IMG/VR virus record: IMGVR_UViG_3300042346_000126
Source: an uncultured virus (IMG/VR IMGVR_UViG_3300042346_000126)
Taxonomy: Duplodnaviria; Heunggongvirae; Uroviricota; Caudoviricetes
Length of the DNA: 64,000 nucleotides
Direction: 5' to 3' (one strand)
Below the pieces are notes generated by a model, which searched no databases, had not been told where the DNA came from, and worked only from the letters and a program-made list of their open reading frames with translations. Shown piece after piece: positions 1-9,453 of the stretch; the first letter of the stretch is position 1, and each line of letters begins with the position of its first letter. The position numbers and the translations under genes were made by a program.

Positions 1-42
1 TTGTGTAATAATTTCACATCGCCTCACGGCTGCGGACAACTT

Positions 43-555
43 ATGCAATTTCCAGTCATTGACACGGACATCCCCTATGCGGAATACCCGCCGACCTTCG
101 AGGACCTGCAGGCTCGGATAGCCGCTGCTTTCAATAGCCTTGCGGAAATTGCCGATGATGTGCAGGTAACGGACTCTGATATCTCTGCGGCTCACGCTGT
201 ATTCACGGGTACCAAGGCTGCGACGGAAACGATGCTCTCCTCCCCGGGGACCATTGTGCATATCAAGGCTCTGCTGGACGAGTACGACAAGGTCGTCATT
301 CAATCTGCTGCCCAACTGCGAACCTACGTAACAAACAAGTTGATTGTGGATTCGGCTAACCCCGACCCACGCATACGGCTCAAGTGCTACGAGTTGCTAG
401 GCAAGATATCAGATGTCGGGCTGTTCACGGACAAGACTGAGATCACCATGCGGCACCGGCCTACGGAAGAACTGGAGCAGCTACTGCGGGAGCGTCTGAT
501 GAAGACTATCGACGCGGATATGTTTGCGATCACCCCCCCCTGCGGACCCGTTTGA
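43..555 (+). CDS. probable terminase small subunit
   Basis: Helical ~170 aa ORF abutting terL. ATG at 43 preferred over TTG at 1. Positional inference. Confidence 0.55.
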   Translation: MQFPVIDTDIPYAEYPPTFEDLQARIAAAFNSLAEIADDVQVTDSDISAAHAVFTGTKAATETMLSSPGTIVHIKALLDEYDKVVIQSAAQLRTYVTNKLIVDSANPDPRIRLKCYELLGKISDVGLFTDKTEITMRHRPTEELEQLLRERLMKTIDADMFAITPPCGPV

Positions 556-2709
556 ATGACCGACCGTACGGATATCCAGCGCCTGCTGGACAATCTCCCA
601 AAGATGTCGCATTTGGACATGGCGAATACACTGGCCTTGCTGGATGAGTTGGAAGAGCGTAAGCGTACGATGCTGGCGCAGAGCGAGTTTCTTGCGTTCA
701 TTGCGGCAGTTGACCCTGCCTATAAGTTTGGTACGCACTTGAAGCGATTGGGTGCGCTTCTGACGCAAGTTGAGTTGGGCGAGAAGGATCGAGTAGCCGT
801 GTCGATGGCCCCCCGGTTTGGTAAGAGCCAGATGATCTCCATTTACTATCCTGCGTGGTACTTGGGTAAACACCCCGATCACAAGATGATCGTAGCCTCC
901 CATACGGTTGACCTAGCTGTGGATATGGCGCGTAAGGTTCGTAACCTGATGCAAACCCCAGACTACAAACGGATATTTCCGGGCGTAGCTATTGCTGCCG
1001 ATGCCAAGGCTGCAGGCAAGTGGAACACGACTAAAGGTGGAGAGGTTTACGCCACAGGCGTAGGTGGAGCATTGGCGGGCCGGGGGGCCGACCTGTGTCT
1101 GACGCCAGCAACCCTCGTAGAGACGCTAGAGCGCGGGTTTGTACCCTGCGGTACGGTGCAGGTTGGGGAGAGCTTACGTAGCTGGCATGGTTGGGCTAAA
1201 GTATTAAAGCGTATAACCCCCGAGCACTCCGCCACAGTTACAGTAGCAGGCAGACTAAACGTATCCGCAGAGCATCCGATCTGGACTTGCAACCGTGGGT
1301 GGGTACCTGCAATAGAAGTGGTACCGACGGATATATTGTGGACGACTTCATTTTGGGATCGGGATGTGCCCCGAGCAAGCCCTACAGGCTCCACGAATGA
1401 GCCACAATACACAACGTATTTCTCGGTCCAACTTGGATGGCTCCGACGTGCAGGAGTACACCTCCTTAGCCGATGCGGCTCGCTCAGTGTCGCTAGAAAA
1501 CTACGAAACCGTGAAGAAGGCTATTTGGTACGCCTTAAAGCGGGGCTCCAAGTCATCGCAGGGTTTTTGCTGGGCGTACGCCTCGCCGGTGCAACCCGAA
1601 TAGATCGTCACGAAGCCCGTCCCTTTGTCAACTTTATGGTAGACGGGGACAATACCTTTGTAGCTGATACGATTTTGACACATAATTGTATCATCGATGA
1701 CCCGATTTCGGAGCAAGATATTAAGAGTGGGAATACCACGAGCCTCGACGGTGTTTACGATTGGTTCCGCAATGGCTTGCGTACACGGCTTATGCCGGGC
1801 GGGGCCATAGTGATCTTACATACCAGATGGCACCAGCGGGACCTGATTGGTCGCTTGCTGAAGGATACTGCGCTGAACGAAGACGGCGACAAGTACGATA
1901 TGTTCGAGTTTCCGGCCATTTTGGAGACGCCAAACCCGCTGGCAGACCCAAACAACGCGGAATTTGACCCTGATGCCCCCTCTACCCTGCAGAAATCACT
2001 GTGGCCGGAGCAGTGGAGCTTGGAATCCCTCCTGCGGACCAAGGCGTCGATGCCTTCATGGCAGTGGAACGCCCAATACCAGCAGAATCCGACCGCGCAA
2101 GAAGCTGCGATCATCAAACGAGACCATATTAAGTGGTGGCCCCATGAGAAACCTCCTGCTGTGGACTACATTGTGCAGTCATTTGATACTGCGCTCACCA
2201 CAAAAACCCGTTCTGACTACTCTGTGTGCCAAACATGGGGTGTATGGAAGAATGAAGAGGATATAGACAACGTAATCTTGCTAAATTGTGTAGTAGGTAA
2301 GTGGGAATTCCCTGAATTGAAGCAAATGGCCCTGCAGCAGGCCAAAGATTGGGAGCCCGATAGCATAATTGTCGAGGCTAAGGCCAGCGGTCAGCCCCTG
2401 ATTGACGAAATGCGGCGCTCCGGCTTGTTTGTGCAGGACTACAGCCCCGGTAAGGGCCAAGATAAGATAGCAAGACTGAATTCTGTCAGCGATATGTTTA
2501 TGAGCGGGCAGGTATGGTTCCCGGAAACGGGATGGGCTACCAGCGTGGTAGAGGAGTTGTTGGCGTTCCCTAGCGGGGAGCATGATGACCAAGTGGATAC
2601 CTTGACGCTGGCCCTCATTCGGATTCGCAAGGGCGGGCTCTTGCGGCTAACGTCCGACCACGGGGATAATTCAGACTTCCAAGCGGCGCGTAAAGCCGCT
2701 TACTACTAA
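556..2709 (+). CDS. terL: terminase large subunit, intein-containing
   Basis: Walker A-like APRFGKS, Walker B (GADL)/CIIDDP split by an intein, TRWH motif, C-terminal RNase H-like nuclease (SFDTA...HDDQVD). Confidence 0.95.
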   Translation: MTDRTDIQRLLDNLPKMSHLDMANTLALLDELEERKRTMLAQSEFLAFIAAVDPAYKFGTHLKRLGALLTQVELGEKDRVAVSMAPRFGKSQMISIYYPAWYLGKHPDHKMIVASHTVDLAVDMARKVRNLMQTPDYKRIFPGVAIAADAKAAGKWNTTKGGEVYATGVGGALAGRGADLCLTPATLVETLERGFVPCGTVQVGESLRSWHGWAKVLKRITPEHSATVTVAGRLNVSAEHPIWTCNRGWVPAIEVVPTDILWTTSFWDRDVPRASPTGSTNEPQYTTYFSVQLGWLRRAGVHLLSRCGSLSVARKLRNREEGYLVRLKAGLQVIAGFLLGVRLAGATRIDRHEARPFVNFMVDGDNTFVADTILTHNCIIDDPISEQDIKSGNTTSLDGVYDWFRNGLRTRLMPGGAIVILHTRWHQRDLIGRLLKDTALNEDGDKYDMFEFPAILETPNPLADPNNAEFDPDAPSTLQKSLWPEQWSLESLLRTKASMPSWQWNAQYQQNPTAQEAAIIKRDHIKWWPHEKPPAVDYIVQSFDTALTTKTRSDYSVCQTWGVWKNEEDIDNVILLNCVVGKWEFPELKQMALQQAKDWEPDSIIVEAKASGQPLIDEMRRSGLFVQDYSPGKGQDKIARLNSVSDMFMSGQVWFPETGWATSVVEELLAFPSGEHDDQVDTLTLALIRIRKGGLLRLTSDHGDNSDFQAARKAAYY
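1096..1686 (+). mobile_element. intein (197 aa) in terminase large subunit
   Basis: Block A CLTPATLV, block B SAEHPIWT, blocks F/G FVNFMVDGDNTFVADTILTHN followed by Cys+1. Removal restores GRGADL-CIIDDP. Confidence 0.92.
1364..1603 (+). CDS. NUMOD1-like HTH DNA-binding ORF or remnant nested in the +1 frame of the terminase intein
   Basis: QEYTSLADAARSV...IWYALKRGSKSSQGFCWAY resembles the C-terminal NUMOD1 domain of homing endonucleases. Confidence 0.6.
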   Translation: MCPEQALQAPRMSHNTQRISRSNLDGSDVQEYTSLADAARSVSLENYETVKKAIWYALKRGSKSSQGFCWAYASPVQPE

Positions 2710-2721
2710 CGAAAGATATTT

Positions 2722-5211
2722 ATGGCAACCTCAAGTATGTCCCCTTCCCTAACACCTGCACCTATGGGGCTTGGGGCCATTATGGATACTCTCGAAAACA
2801 CTGAACCGGATCTGGAGATTGAGATTGAGAACCCTGACCGCGTGACGCTGGCAGATGGTAGCGTAGAGATTACGCTGATTCCAGAGCCCACCAAGGGTGA
2901 GGACTTTGGGGATAACCTCGCTGAGTTCATGGACGAGGGCGAGTTGACTACCCTCGCAGGTGACCTGCTGGCGCTGGTGGATGCCGATATCAACTCCCGT
3001 AAGGACTGGGTTGACGCTTATGTGAAAGGCCTTGAGGTCTTGGGTATGAAGTACGACGAGCGTACAGAGCCTTGGAGTGGGGCGTGTGGCGTTTATTCCA
3101 CAGTGCTGACAGAAGCGGCTATCCGGTTCCAAGCGGAGATGGTTACAGAGACGTTCCCTGCCGCAGGTCCGGTTAAAACTTCCATCGTGGGGGCATCGAC
3201 CAAGGATACGGAAGCGGCAGCCGCCCGGGTTCAGGAGGACATGAACTACCAGATTCTGGAGAAGATGCCTGAGTATCGGCCAGAGCATGAGCGCATGTTG
3301 TTTAACCTCGGCCTGTCGGGTTCTGCCTTCAAGAAGGTGTACAACGACCCCTCGCTACGTAGGCAAGTGGCTCTGTTCGTACCCGCAGAAGATGTGATTA
3401 TTCCTTATGGCGCGTCGAGTTCGCAGACTGCAGAGCGGGTTACGCATGTCATGCGCAAGACCGAGAACGAGGTTCGCAAGCTGCAGGTAGCAGGGTTCTA
3501 CCGGGACATCGAGCTTGGCGATCCGGTCCATATCACTACGGACGTTGAGAAGAAGAAAGCCGAAGAGCAGGGTTACAGCGTCACGGACGACGACCGGTTC
3601 CAGTTGCTTGAGATTCACGTAGACTGGGACATGCCCGGGTACGAGGATGAGGACGGCATTGCATTGCCGTATGTGGTGACTATTGAGCGCGGCACCAGCG
3701 AAGTGCTGGCTATTCGCAGGAATTGGGAAGAAGACGATGTAACCAAGCTGAAACGTCAGCACTTCGTACAGTACACCTACATCCCCGGCTTCGGTGCTTA
3801 TGGCTTTGGCTTGGTCAACCTGATTGGGGGCTACGCCCGCGCAGGCACTTCCCTGATCCGTCAGTTGATCGACGCAGGCTCGCTGTCTAACTTGCCGGGT
3901 GGCATGAAAACTCGTGGCTTGCGCATCAAGGGCGATGACACTCCCATCGCTCCGGGCGAGTTCCGGGATGTGGATGTCGCCTCAGGGACACTGCGTGACA
4001 GTATCATGCCGCTGCCGTACAAGGAGCCTAGCCAGACACTGCTGGCCTTGTTGAACCAGATTACCGACGAAGCCCGCCGCTTGGGCGCTATCAGTGACAT
4101 GAAAATCGCTGACATGTCGGGCAACGCCCCGGTAGGTACAACGCTGGCGCTGTTGGAGCGCACGCTGAAGACCATGAGTGCTGTGCAGGCCCGGGTTCAT
4201 GCGTCCATGAAGCAAGAGTTCAAGCTGCTGGCCGCGATCATTGGAGACAACGCTCCTGATGAGTATGAATACGACCCTGCTAAAGGCGACCGTAAAGCCA
4301 AGCGCGGCGACTACTCTATGGTGGAGGTTATCCCCGTCAGCGATCCCAACAGCACCACAATGGCGCAGCGGATCATGCAGTACCAAGCGGCTATTCAGTT
4401 GGCCCAAGGCGCTCCGCAGATTTATGACCTGCCTCAGTTGCACCGTCAGATGCTTGAAGTATTGGGTATCAAGAACGTTGAGAAGCTTGTGCCGGTTGAC
4501 GATGACTTGAAGCCACGCGACCCGATCAGCGAGAACATGGCGTTCCTTAACGGTAAGCCAGTCAAGGCGTTCATCTACCAAGATCACGACGCTCATATCG
4601 CTGTTCACACAACGTTTATGAAAGACCCCATGATTGGGCAGACGATGGGGCAGAACCCAATGGCGCAGCAGATGATGGCGGCGACGATGGCGCATATCTC
4701 TGAGCACTTGGCCTTCGCATACCGCCGCAAGATCGAGGAGCAGATGGGCGTTACGATGCCCGCACCTGATTCAGAGTTGCCGGAGGACGTGGAAGTTCAA
4801 CTGGCCCGCCTGACGGCCCAAGCCGCGACGCAACTACTGCAACTAAATATGGCACAAGCGCAACAGGCACAAGCGCAACAGGCGGCGCAAGACCCGATGA
4901 TGCAACTCCAACAAGCCGAATTGCAACTCAAAGGCAAGGAAGTTGAGCTTAAGGGCCAGAAGATTCAGGGTGACCTGCAGATCAAGCAAGCGGAACTGCA
5001 ACTCAAAGCGCAGGAAATGGCTAGCAAGCAGGGCGAGGACCCAGCGCTGGCTCAACAACGCCATGCTCAGACCATGCAGCAGACCCAGCAAGCCCACGAG
5101 CAACAGCTTACACATGCGCAGCAGGCGCAGCAACAGAAGATGGCCGCAGCAGTTCAGGCCAACCAACTCAAGCAGCAGCTAGCGGCACAGAAAGCTAGGA
5201 CACCAACATGA
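2722..5211 (+). CDS. portal protein (P22 gp1-like)
   Basis: 829 aa after terL, GSAFKKVY motif, Gln-rich coiled-coil C-terminus. Confidence 0.88.
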   Translation: MATSSMSPSLTPAPMGLGAIMDTLENTEPDLEIEIENPDRVTLADGSVEITLIPEPTKGEDFGDNLAEFMDEGELTTLAGDLLALVDADINSRKDWVDAYVKGLEVLGMKYDERTEPWSGACGVYSTVLTEAAIRFQAEMVTETFPAAGPVKTSIVGASTKDTEAAAARVQEDMNYQILEKMPEYRPEHERMLFNLGLSGSAFKKVYNDPSLRRQVALFVPAEDVIIPYGASSSQTAERVTHVMRKTENEVRKLQVAGFYRDIELGDPVHITTDVEKKKAEEQGYSVTDDDRFQLLEIHVDWDMPGYEDEDGIALPYVVTIERGTSEVLAIRRNWEEDDVTKLKRQHFVQYTYIPGFGAYGFGLVNLIGGYARAGTSLIRQLIDAGSLSNLPGGMKTRGLRIKGDDTPIAPGEFRDVDVASGTLRDSIMPLPYKEPSQTLLALLNQITDEARRLGAISDMKIADMSGNAPVGTTLALLERTLKTMSAVQARVHASMKQEFKLLAAIIGDNAPDEYEYDPAKGDRKAKRGDYSMVEVIPVSDPNSTTMAQRIMQYQAAIQLAQGAPQIYDLPQLHRQMLEVLGIKNVEKLVPVDDDLKPRDPISENMAFLNGKPVKAFIYQDHDAHIAVHTTFMKDPMIGQTMGQNPMAQQMMAATMAHISEHLAFAYRRKIEEQMGVTMPAPDSELPEDVEVQLARLTAQAATQLLQLNMAQAQQAQAQQAAQDPMMQLQQAELQLKGKEVELKGQKIQGDLQIKQAELQLKAQEMASKQGEDPALAQQRHAQTMQQTQQAHEQQLTHAQQAQQQKMAAAVQANQLKQQLAAQKARTPT

Positions 5212-5399
5212 CTGAACTAGAAGTTTTGGAGAAGAAATTTAAGGCCCATGTGGAGTACATGGCAGACTCCCTTGCAAAGGGGAGTTGTAAAGACTTTGGG
5301 GAGTACCAAAGAATGTGCGGGGTTATCTACGGTCTTGGCCTCGCACTGACCGATCTACAAGACCTGCGTAAAAACTTGGAGCGATATGAAGCCGAATGA
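5208..5399 (+). CDS. hypothetical protein
   Basis: ATGA overlap with portal stop; plausible composition. Confidence 0.7.
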   Translation: MTELEVLEKKFKAHVEYMADSLAKGSCKDFGEYQRMCGVIYGLGLALTDLQDLRKNLERYEAE

Positions 5400-5802
5400 A
5401 TTTTTAATAAGCCACACGGCAGACCCTAAAGGGCCGGTGTCTATATTGGCGGAAAACAACGAAGCCAAAGCCAAACAGATTCCCGACCCGGTTACATACC
5501 ATATTCTGTGTATGCTTCCGGAGGCAAAGGAAGAGTATGAAGGCGGGATTCTGAAATCAGATCAAGCTAGACACCACGAAGAGTTGTTGTCCCCAGTGTT
5601 GTTTGTAGCAAAACTCGGCCCTGACGCATTTAAAGATGAAAAACGTTTTCCCTCCGGACCCTCTTGCGCAGTGGGTGACTTTATTCTTGTACGCCCTAAC
5701 ACGGGCACTCGCATGAAGATTCACGGCACCGAGTGGCGAATTTTGAATGACGACTCTGTGGAAGCAGTTGTTCAGGACCCCCGTGGAATTGAAAGGCCTT
5801 AA
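5386..5802 (+). CDS. GroES/Cpn10-like co-chaperonin
   Basis: GGIL mobile loop, VAKLGPDA, VGDFILV, WRILNDDSVEAVV. Confidence 0.8.
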   Translation: MKPNEFLISHTADPKGPVSILAENNEAKAKQIPDPVTYHILCMLPEAKEEYEGGILKSDQARHHEELLSPVLFVAKLGPDAFKDEKRFPSGPSCAVGDFILVRPNTGTRMKIHGTEWRILNDDSVEAVVQDPRGIERP

Positions 5803-5811
5803 GGAACCCTT

Positions 5812-6171
5812 ATGAATAAAGAACAAATCGCCCGCGTTTGCCACGAAGTCAACAAAGCCTATTGCGAGTCTCAAGGCGACACGTCTCAACCTTCTTGGGA
5901 GGATGCCCCTGAGTGGCAGCGGTCTAGTGCCCGTATGGGCGTTGATCTCCATTCCAGTGGTGACTTTGGCCCAGAAGCCAGCCACGCAAGCTGGATGGCT
6001 CAGAAGGTTGCAGAAGGCTGGGTCTATGGCCCAGAGAAGAACCCGGACCTGAAGCAGCACCACTGCATCGTCCCCTTTGCTGAACTTCCTGTGGCCCAGC
6101 AAGCCAAGGACTTCATCTTCCGTAGTGTTGTGCATGCCCTGAAACAAGAACTAAAGGAGAATAACGCATGA
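5812..6171 (+). CDS. RyR-domain-like phage protein
   Basis: HASWMAQKVAEGWVYGPEKNPDLKQHHCIVPFAELP...KD matches the RyR repeat pattern. Confidence 0.75.
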   Translation: MNKEQIARVCHEVNKAYCESQGDTSQPSWEDAPEWQRSSARMGVDLHSSGDFGPEASHASWMAQKVAEGWVYGPEKNPDLKQHHCIVPFAELPVAQQAKDFIFRSVVHALKQELKENNA

Positions 6172-7115
6172 TTGAAAAAACTGAATTTGAATTCCCCGAC
6201 GAAGTTGAATCCGTCAAACCCCGAGTTGGCGGTCGTGTAGTAACTCCTGAGCCTGAGCCAGAAGTTGAGATTGTTGACGATACTCCCGAGAAGGACCGCA
6301 ATCGCAAGCCTATGGCCGAAGCGCCGGTAGACCCTACCGACGAGGAGCTAGACAGTTATTCTGATAGCGCCAAGAAGCGCATCAAGCACTTTACCAAGGG
6401 CTACCACGAAGAGCGTCGGGCTAAAGAATCCGCCCTGCGTGAGCGGGAAGAGGCGGTGCGTATTGCACAGACTATCGCGGAAGAGAACCGGCAGCTTAAG
6501 GGCTCCCTTAACCAAGGGCAGACCGCCTTATTGGAGCAGGCCAAGAAAGTAGTAGCCAACGAGTTGGACGCCGCCAAGCGAGCCTACAAGACTGCATATG
6601 AGGCCGGGGATTCTGATGCACTTGTAGACGCGCAAGAAAGCATGACTGCAGCGAAGTTAAAAGCGGAGCGAGTTAATAATTTTCGGCCTACCCCTGTACA
6701 AGCCGAAACTCCTGTGGTACAACCACAACAATTCGCTGCTAATCCTCCTGAAGATCGAAAAGCCGTAGAATGGCAGCGAGAGAATAGTTGGTTTGGTTCT
6801 GATGATGAAATGACTAGCTTTGCGCTTGGTTTGCACAACAAACTAATCAAAGACGGCATTGATCCACAGTCTGATACCTATTATGATCGAGTTAATTCTC
6901 GTGTACGACAAGTGTTCCCAGACAAGTTCGAGTCAGAAGGAACCGCTGATGCTCCATCTCAGCGTACACAAAAAAAGAACGTAGTGGCACCCGCAACCCG
7001 AAGTACTGCTCCCCGAAAGGTCGTACTAACGCAAACGCAAGTGTCTATCGCCAAAAGGCTTGGAGTTCCCTTGGAACTGTACGCCCGTAAGGTTGCTGAC
7101 GAAATGAGGAAATGA
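6168..7115 (+). CDS. probable capsid scaffolding protein
   Basis: Acidic N-terminus, coiled coil, position upstream of capsid genes. Confidence 0.7.
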   Translation: MIEKTEFEFPDEVESVKPRVGGRVVTPEPEPEVEIVDDTPEKDRNRKPMAEAPVDPTDEELDSYSDSAKKRIKHFTKGYHEERRAKESALREREEAVRIAQTIAEENRQLKGSLNQGQTALLEQAKKVVANELDAAKRAYKTAYEAGDSDALVDAQESMTAAKLKAERVNNFRPTPVQAETPVVQPQQFAANPPEDRKAVEWQRENSWFGSDDEMTSFALGLHNKLIKDGIDPQSDTYYDRVNSRVRQVFPDKFESEGTADAPSQRTQKKNVVAPATRSTAPRKVVLTQTQVSIAKRLGVPLELYARKVADEMRK

Positions 7116-7117
7116 TT

Positions 7118-7570
7118 ATGGCTGAAACTATTAGACAACCACGCGATTTGGAAACCCGAGCGAAAATGGAGCGCCCCACAAAATGGATGCCGCCCCAGCT
7201 ACTGCCTGACCCTAACCCGGAACCCGGCTTTGCATTTCGTTGGATTCGGATCAGTACGTTGAATAATTCCGATCCGCTTAACGTCTCTTCAAAACTTCGT
7301 GAAGGTTGGGAACCTGTAAAGGCTTCAGATCATCCTGAAATTAGACTTATGTCTGGGCAATCTTCTCGATTCCCTGATTCGGTTGAAATTGGCGGTTTGT
7401 TGCTGTGCAAAACACCCGTGGAGTTTGTGGAACAACGCGATGCGTACTACCGCCAACAAGCGGACGCTCAAATGAATTCCGTAGATAACACTTATATGCG
7501 TGAAAATGACCCACGGATGCCTATGTTCAAAGAACGTAAGTCCCAAGTCACTTTCGGTAAAGGTACTTAA
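7118..7570 (+). CDS. hypothetical head-module protein
   Basis: Intact ORF in the head operon. Confidence 0.7.
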   Translation: MAETIRQPRDLETRAKMERPTKWMPPQLLPDPNPEPGFAFRWIRISTLNNSDPLNVSSKLREGWEPVKASDHPEIRLMSGQSSRFPDSVEIGGLLLCKTPVEFVEQRDAYYRQQADAQMNSVDNTYMRENDPRMPMFKERKSQVTFGKGT

Positions 7571-7584
7571 TTTAGGAGTCTAAG

Positions 7585-8436
7585 ATGGCTTACCCCACCG
7601 TTGATGCCCCCTACGGGCTAAAGCCGGTCAATCTGATCGGCGGTCAAGTTTTTGCGGGTTCTACCCGTGAGTACCCAATTCAGTATGGCTACGCCACTGA
7701 TATTGGTTATGGCGATTTTGTTGCGTTGAACCGCGGCAATACCGTACGTTTATCGGTCACCGCTGCAGGCGCAAGTGGTCTGGTCGGTGTGTTCCTCGGT
7801 TGTTCGTACACGAACCCCCAGACCAAGCAGAAGTTCTTCTCGCAGTACTGGCCGGCAGGTACGTTGGCGGGTGACGCAGTAGCTATTGTTACTGATGATC
7901 CTGACACCGTGTTCAAAGGAGTTGTTTGTTCGGCTACTACCGTTATTGGCGCTGCTAATAGCGCACTGATCGGCCAAAACATTCAGATGATTAACAACGC
8001 TGTTAATCTGAACAACGGCAACTCCACGAACGCTATTGCCGCTGTTGTTGGTGCAGGCGCTCCCGCTATCACAGGTACTTTCCCCCTGCGGGTTTTGGAC
8101 GTGGTTCGTGAGACTTCTACGGCTGTTTCGGCAGTTGGCTCTTCTTCCGGCACCGCAATTACGCTGACAGGCACAGGCCTTCCAAGCGCGATTCTGGCAG
8201 GCTCTGATGTAGCCTACATTGCGGCTAACGGTCAGTTGGTAGAGACCGGTTCGTACGTGCAAGCCAATACGGCTGCAGGTGCTACCACTGTCAACATCAA
8301 CTTGGCAATCGCCGTCCCCGGCAGCATCGTTGCAATCCCAGCAGGCTCAACCATTGTATTTACTCAGTACTCAGAGATTTTGGTGAAAATCAATCACTCT
8401 CAGCACCAGTATTACATTGGCGCAGCAGTCGCTTAA
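7585..8436 (+). CDS. probable capsid decoration/minor head protein
   Basis: AGGAG RBS, Ala/Gly/Thr-rich, directly upstream of the major capsid gene. Confidence 0.6.
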   Translation: MAYPTVDAPYGLKPVNLIGGQVFAGSTREYPIQYGYATDIGYGDFVALNRGNTVRLSVTAAGASGLVGVFLGCSYTNPQTKQKFFSQYWPAGTLAGDAVAIVTDDPDTVFKGVVCSATTVIGAANSALIGQNIQMINNAVNLNNGNSTNAIAAVVGAGAPAITGTFPLRVLDVVRETSTAVSAVGSSSGTAITLTGTGLPSAILAGSDVAYIAANGQLVETGSYVQANTAAGATTVNINLAIAVPGSIVAIPAGSTIVFTQYSEILVKINHSQHQYYIGAAVA

Positions 8437-8450
8437 TAAGGAGCTAAATC

Positions 8451-9362
8451 ATGGCTATTTCACGCGCACAACTACTTAAAGAACTGCTCCCCGGTCTGAA
8501 CGCCTTGTTTGGTCTGGAATATGCGAAGTACGGCGAAGAGCACAAGGAAATCTACGAGGTTGAGTCCTCAGAGCGTTCCTTTGAAGAAGAGACCAAGCTC
8601 TCTGGCTTCTCCGCCGCTCCAGTGAAGAACGAGGGTTCTGCCATTGCTTATGACAATGCGCAGGAAGCTTGGACCGCACGATACAACCACGAAACCATCG
8701 CAATGGGCTTCAGTATCACTGAAGAGGCAGTTGAGGACAATCTGTACGATAGTCTCTCAGCCCGCTATACCAAGGCTCTGGCCCGTGGCATGGCATACAC
8801 AAAGCAAGTAAAGGCTGCAACGGTCTTGAACAATGCGTTTAGCTCCGCAGTCACCTACGGTGATGGCGTGTCTTTGTGTTCTACAGCGCACCCACTGGTC
8901 TCCGGTGGCACCAACAGCAATCGTCCTTCAGTCGCCGCCGACTTGAACGAAACCTCTTTGGAAAATGCCGTGATCCAGATCGCTGCATGGACTGATGAGC
9001 GTGGCTTGCTGATCGCTGCTAAGCCAAAGAAGCTGGTCGTCCCTCCTGCTTTGATGTTCGTGGCGACTCGTTTGCTCGAAACTGAGCAGCGCGTTGGTAC
9101 TGCCGACAACGATATCAACGCCTTGAAGAACAATGGTTCTATCCCCGGTGGTTACACCGTGAACCACTTCTTGACTGATACAAACGGCTGGTTCCTGTTG
9201 ACGGACGTGCCGAATGGTCTGAAGCACTTTGTGCGCTCGCCATTGTTAAATTCCATGGATGGGGATTTCGATACCGGTAACGTGAGATACAAGGCGCGCG
9301 AGCGATACTCATTTGGAGTGAGCGATCCTTTAGGCCTGTATGGCAGTCCCGGTTCGTCTTAA
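8451..9362 (+). CDS. major capsid protein (Mu gpT-like HK97 fold)
   Basis: MAISRAQLLKELLPGLNALFG start, PKKLVVPP, RYKARERYSFG end; strong RBS; followed by a terminator. Confidence 0.9.
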   Translation: MAISRAQLLKELLPGLNALFGLEYAKYGEEHKEIYEVESSERSFEEETKLSGFSAAPVKNEGSAIAYDNAQEAWTARYNHETIAMGFSITEEAVEDNLYDSLSARYTKALARGMAYTKQVKAATVLNNAFSSAVTYGDGVSLCSTAHPLVSGGTNSNRPSVAADLNETSLENAVIQIAAWTDERGLLIAAKPKKLVVPPALMFVATRLLETEQRVGTADNDINALKNNGSIPGGYTVNHFLTDTNGWFLLTDVPNGLKHFVRSPLLNSMDGDFDTGNVRYKARERYSFGVSDPLGLYGSPGSS

Positions 9363-9380
9363 TTTTTAAGCGTTCCTCAT

Positions 9381-9411
9381 AGGGAAAGGGGCTTCGGCCC
9401 CTTTCCTTTTA
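9381..9411 (+). terminator. rho-independent terminator
   Basis: GGAAAGGGGC-TTCG-GCCCCTTTCC followed by TTTT. Confidence 0.85.
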
Positions 9412-9453
9412 GCTTTGTGGTACACTATCGGTTGATAACACCCGGAGTACCTT

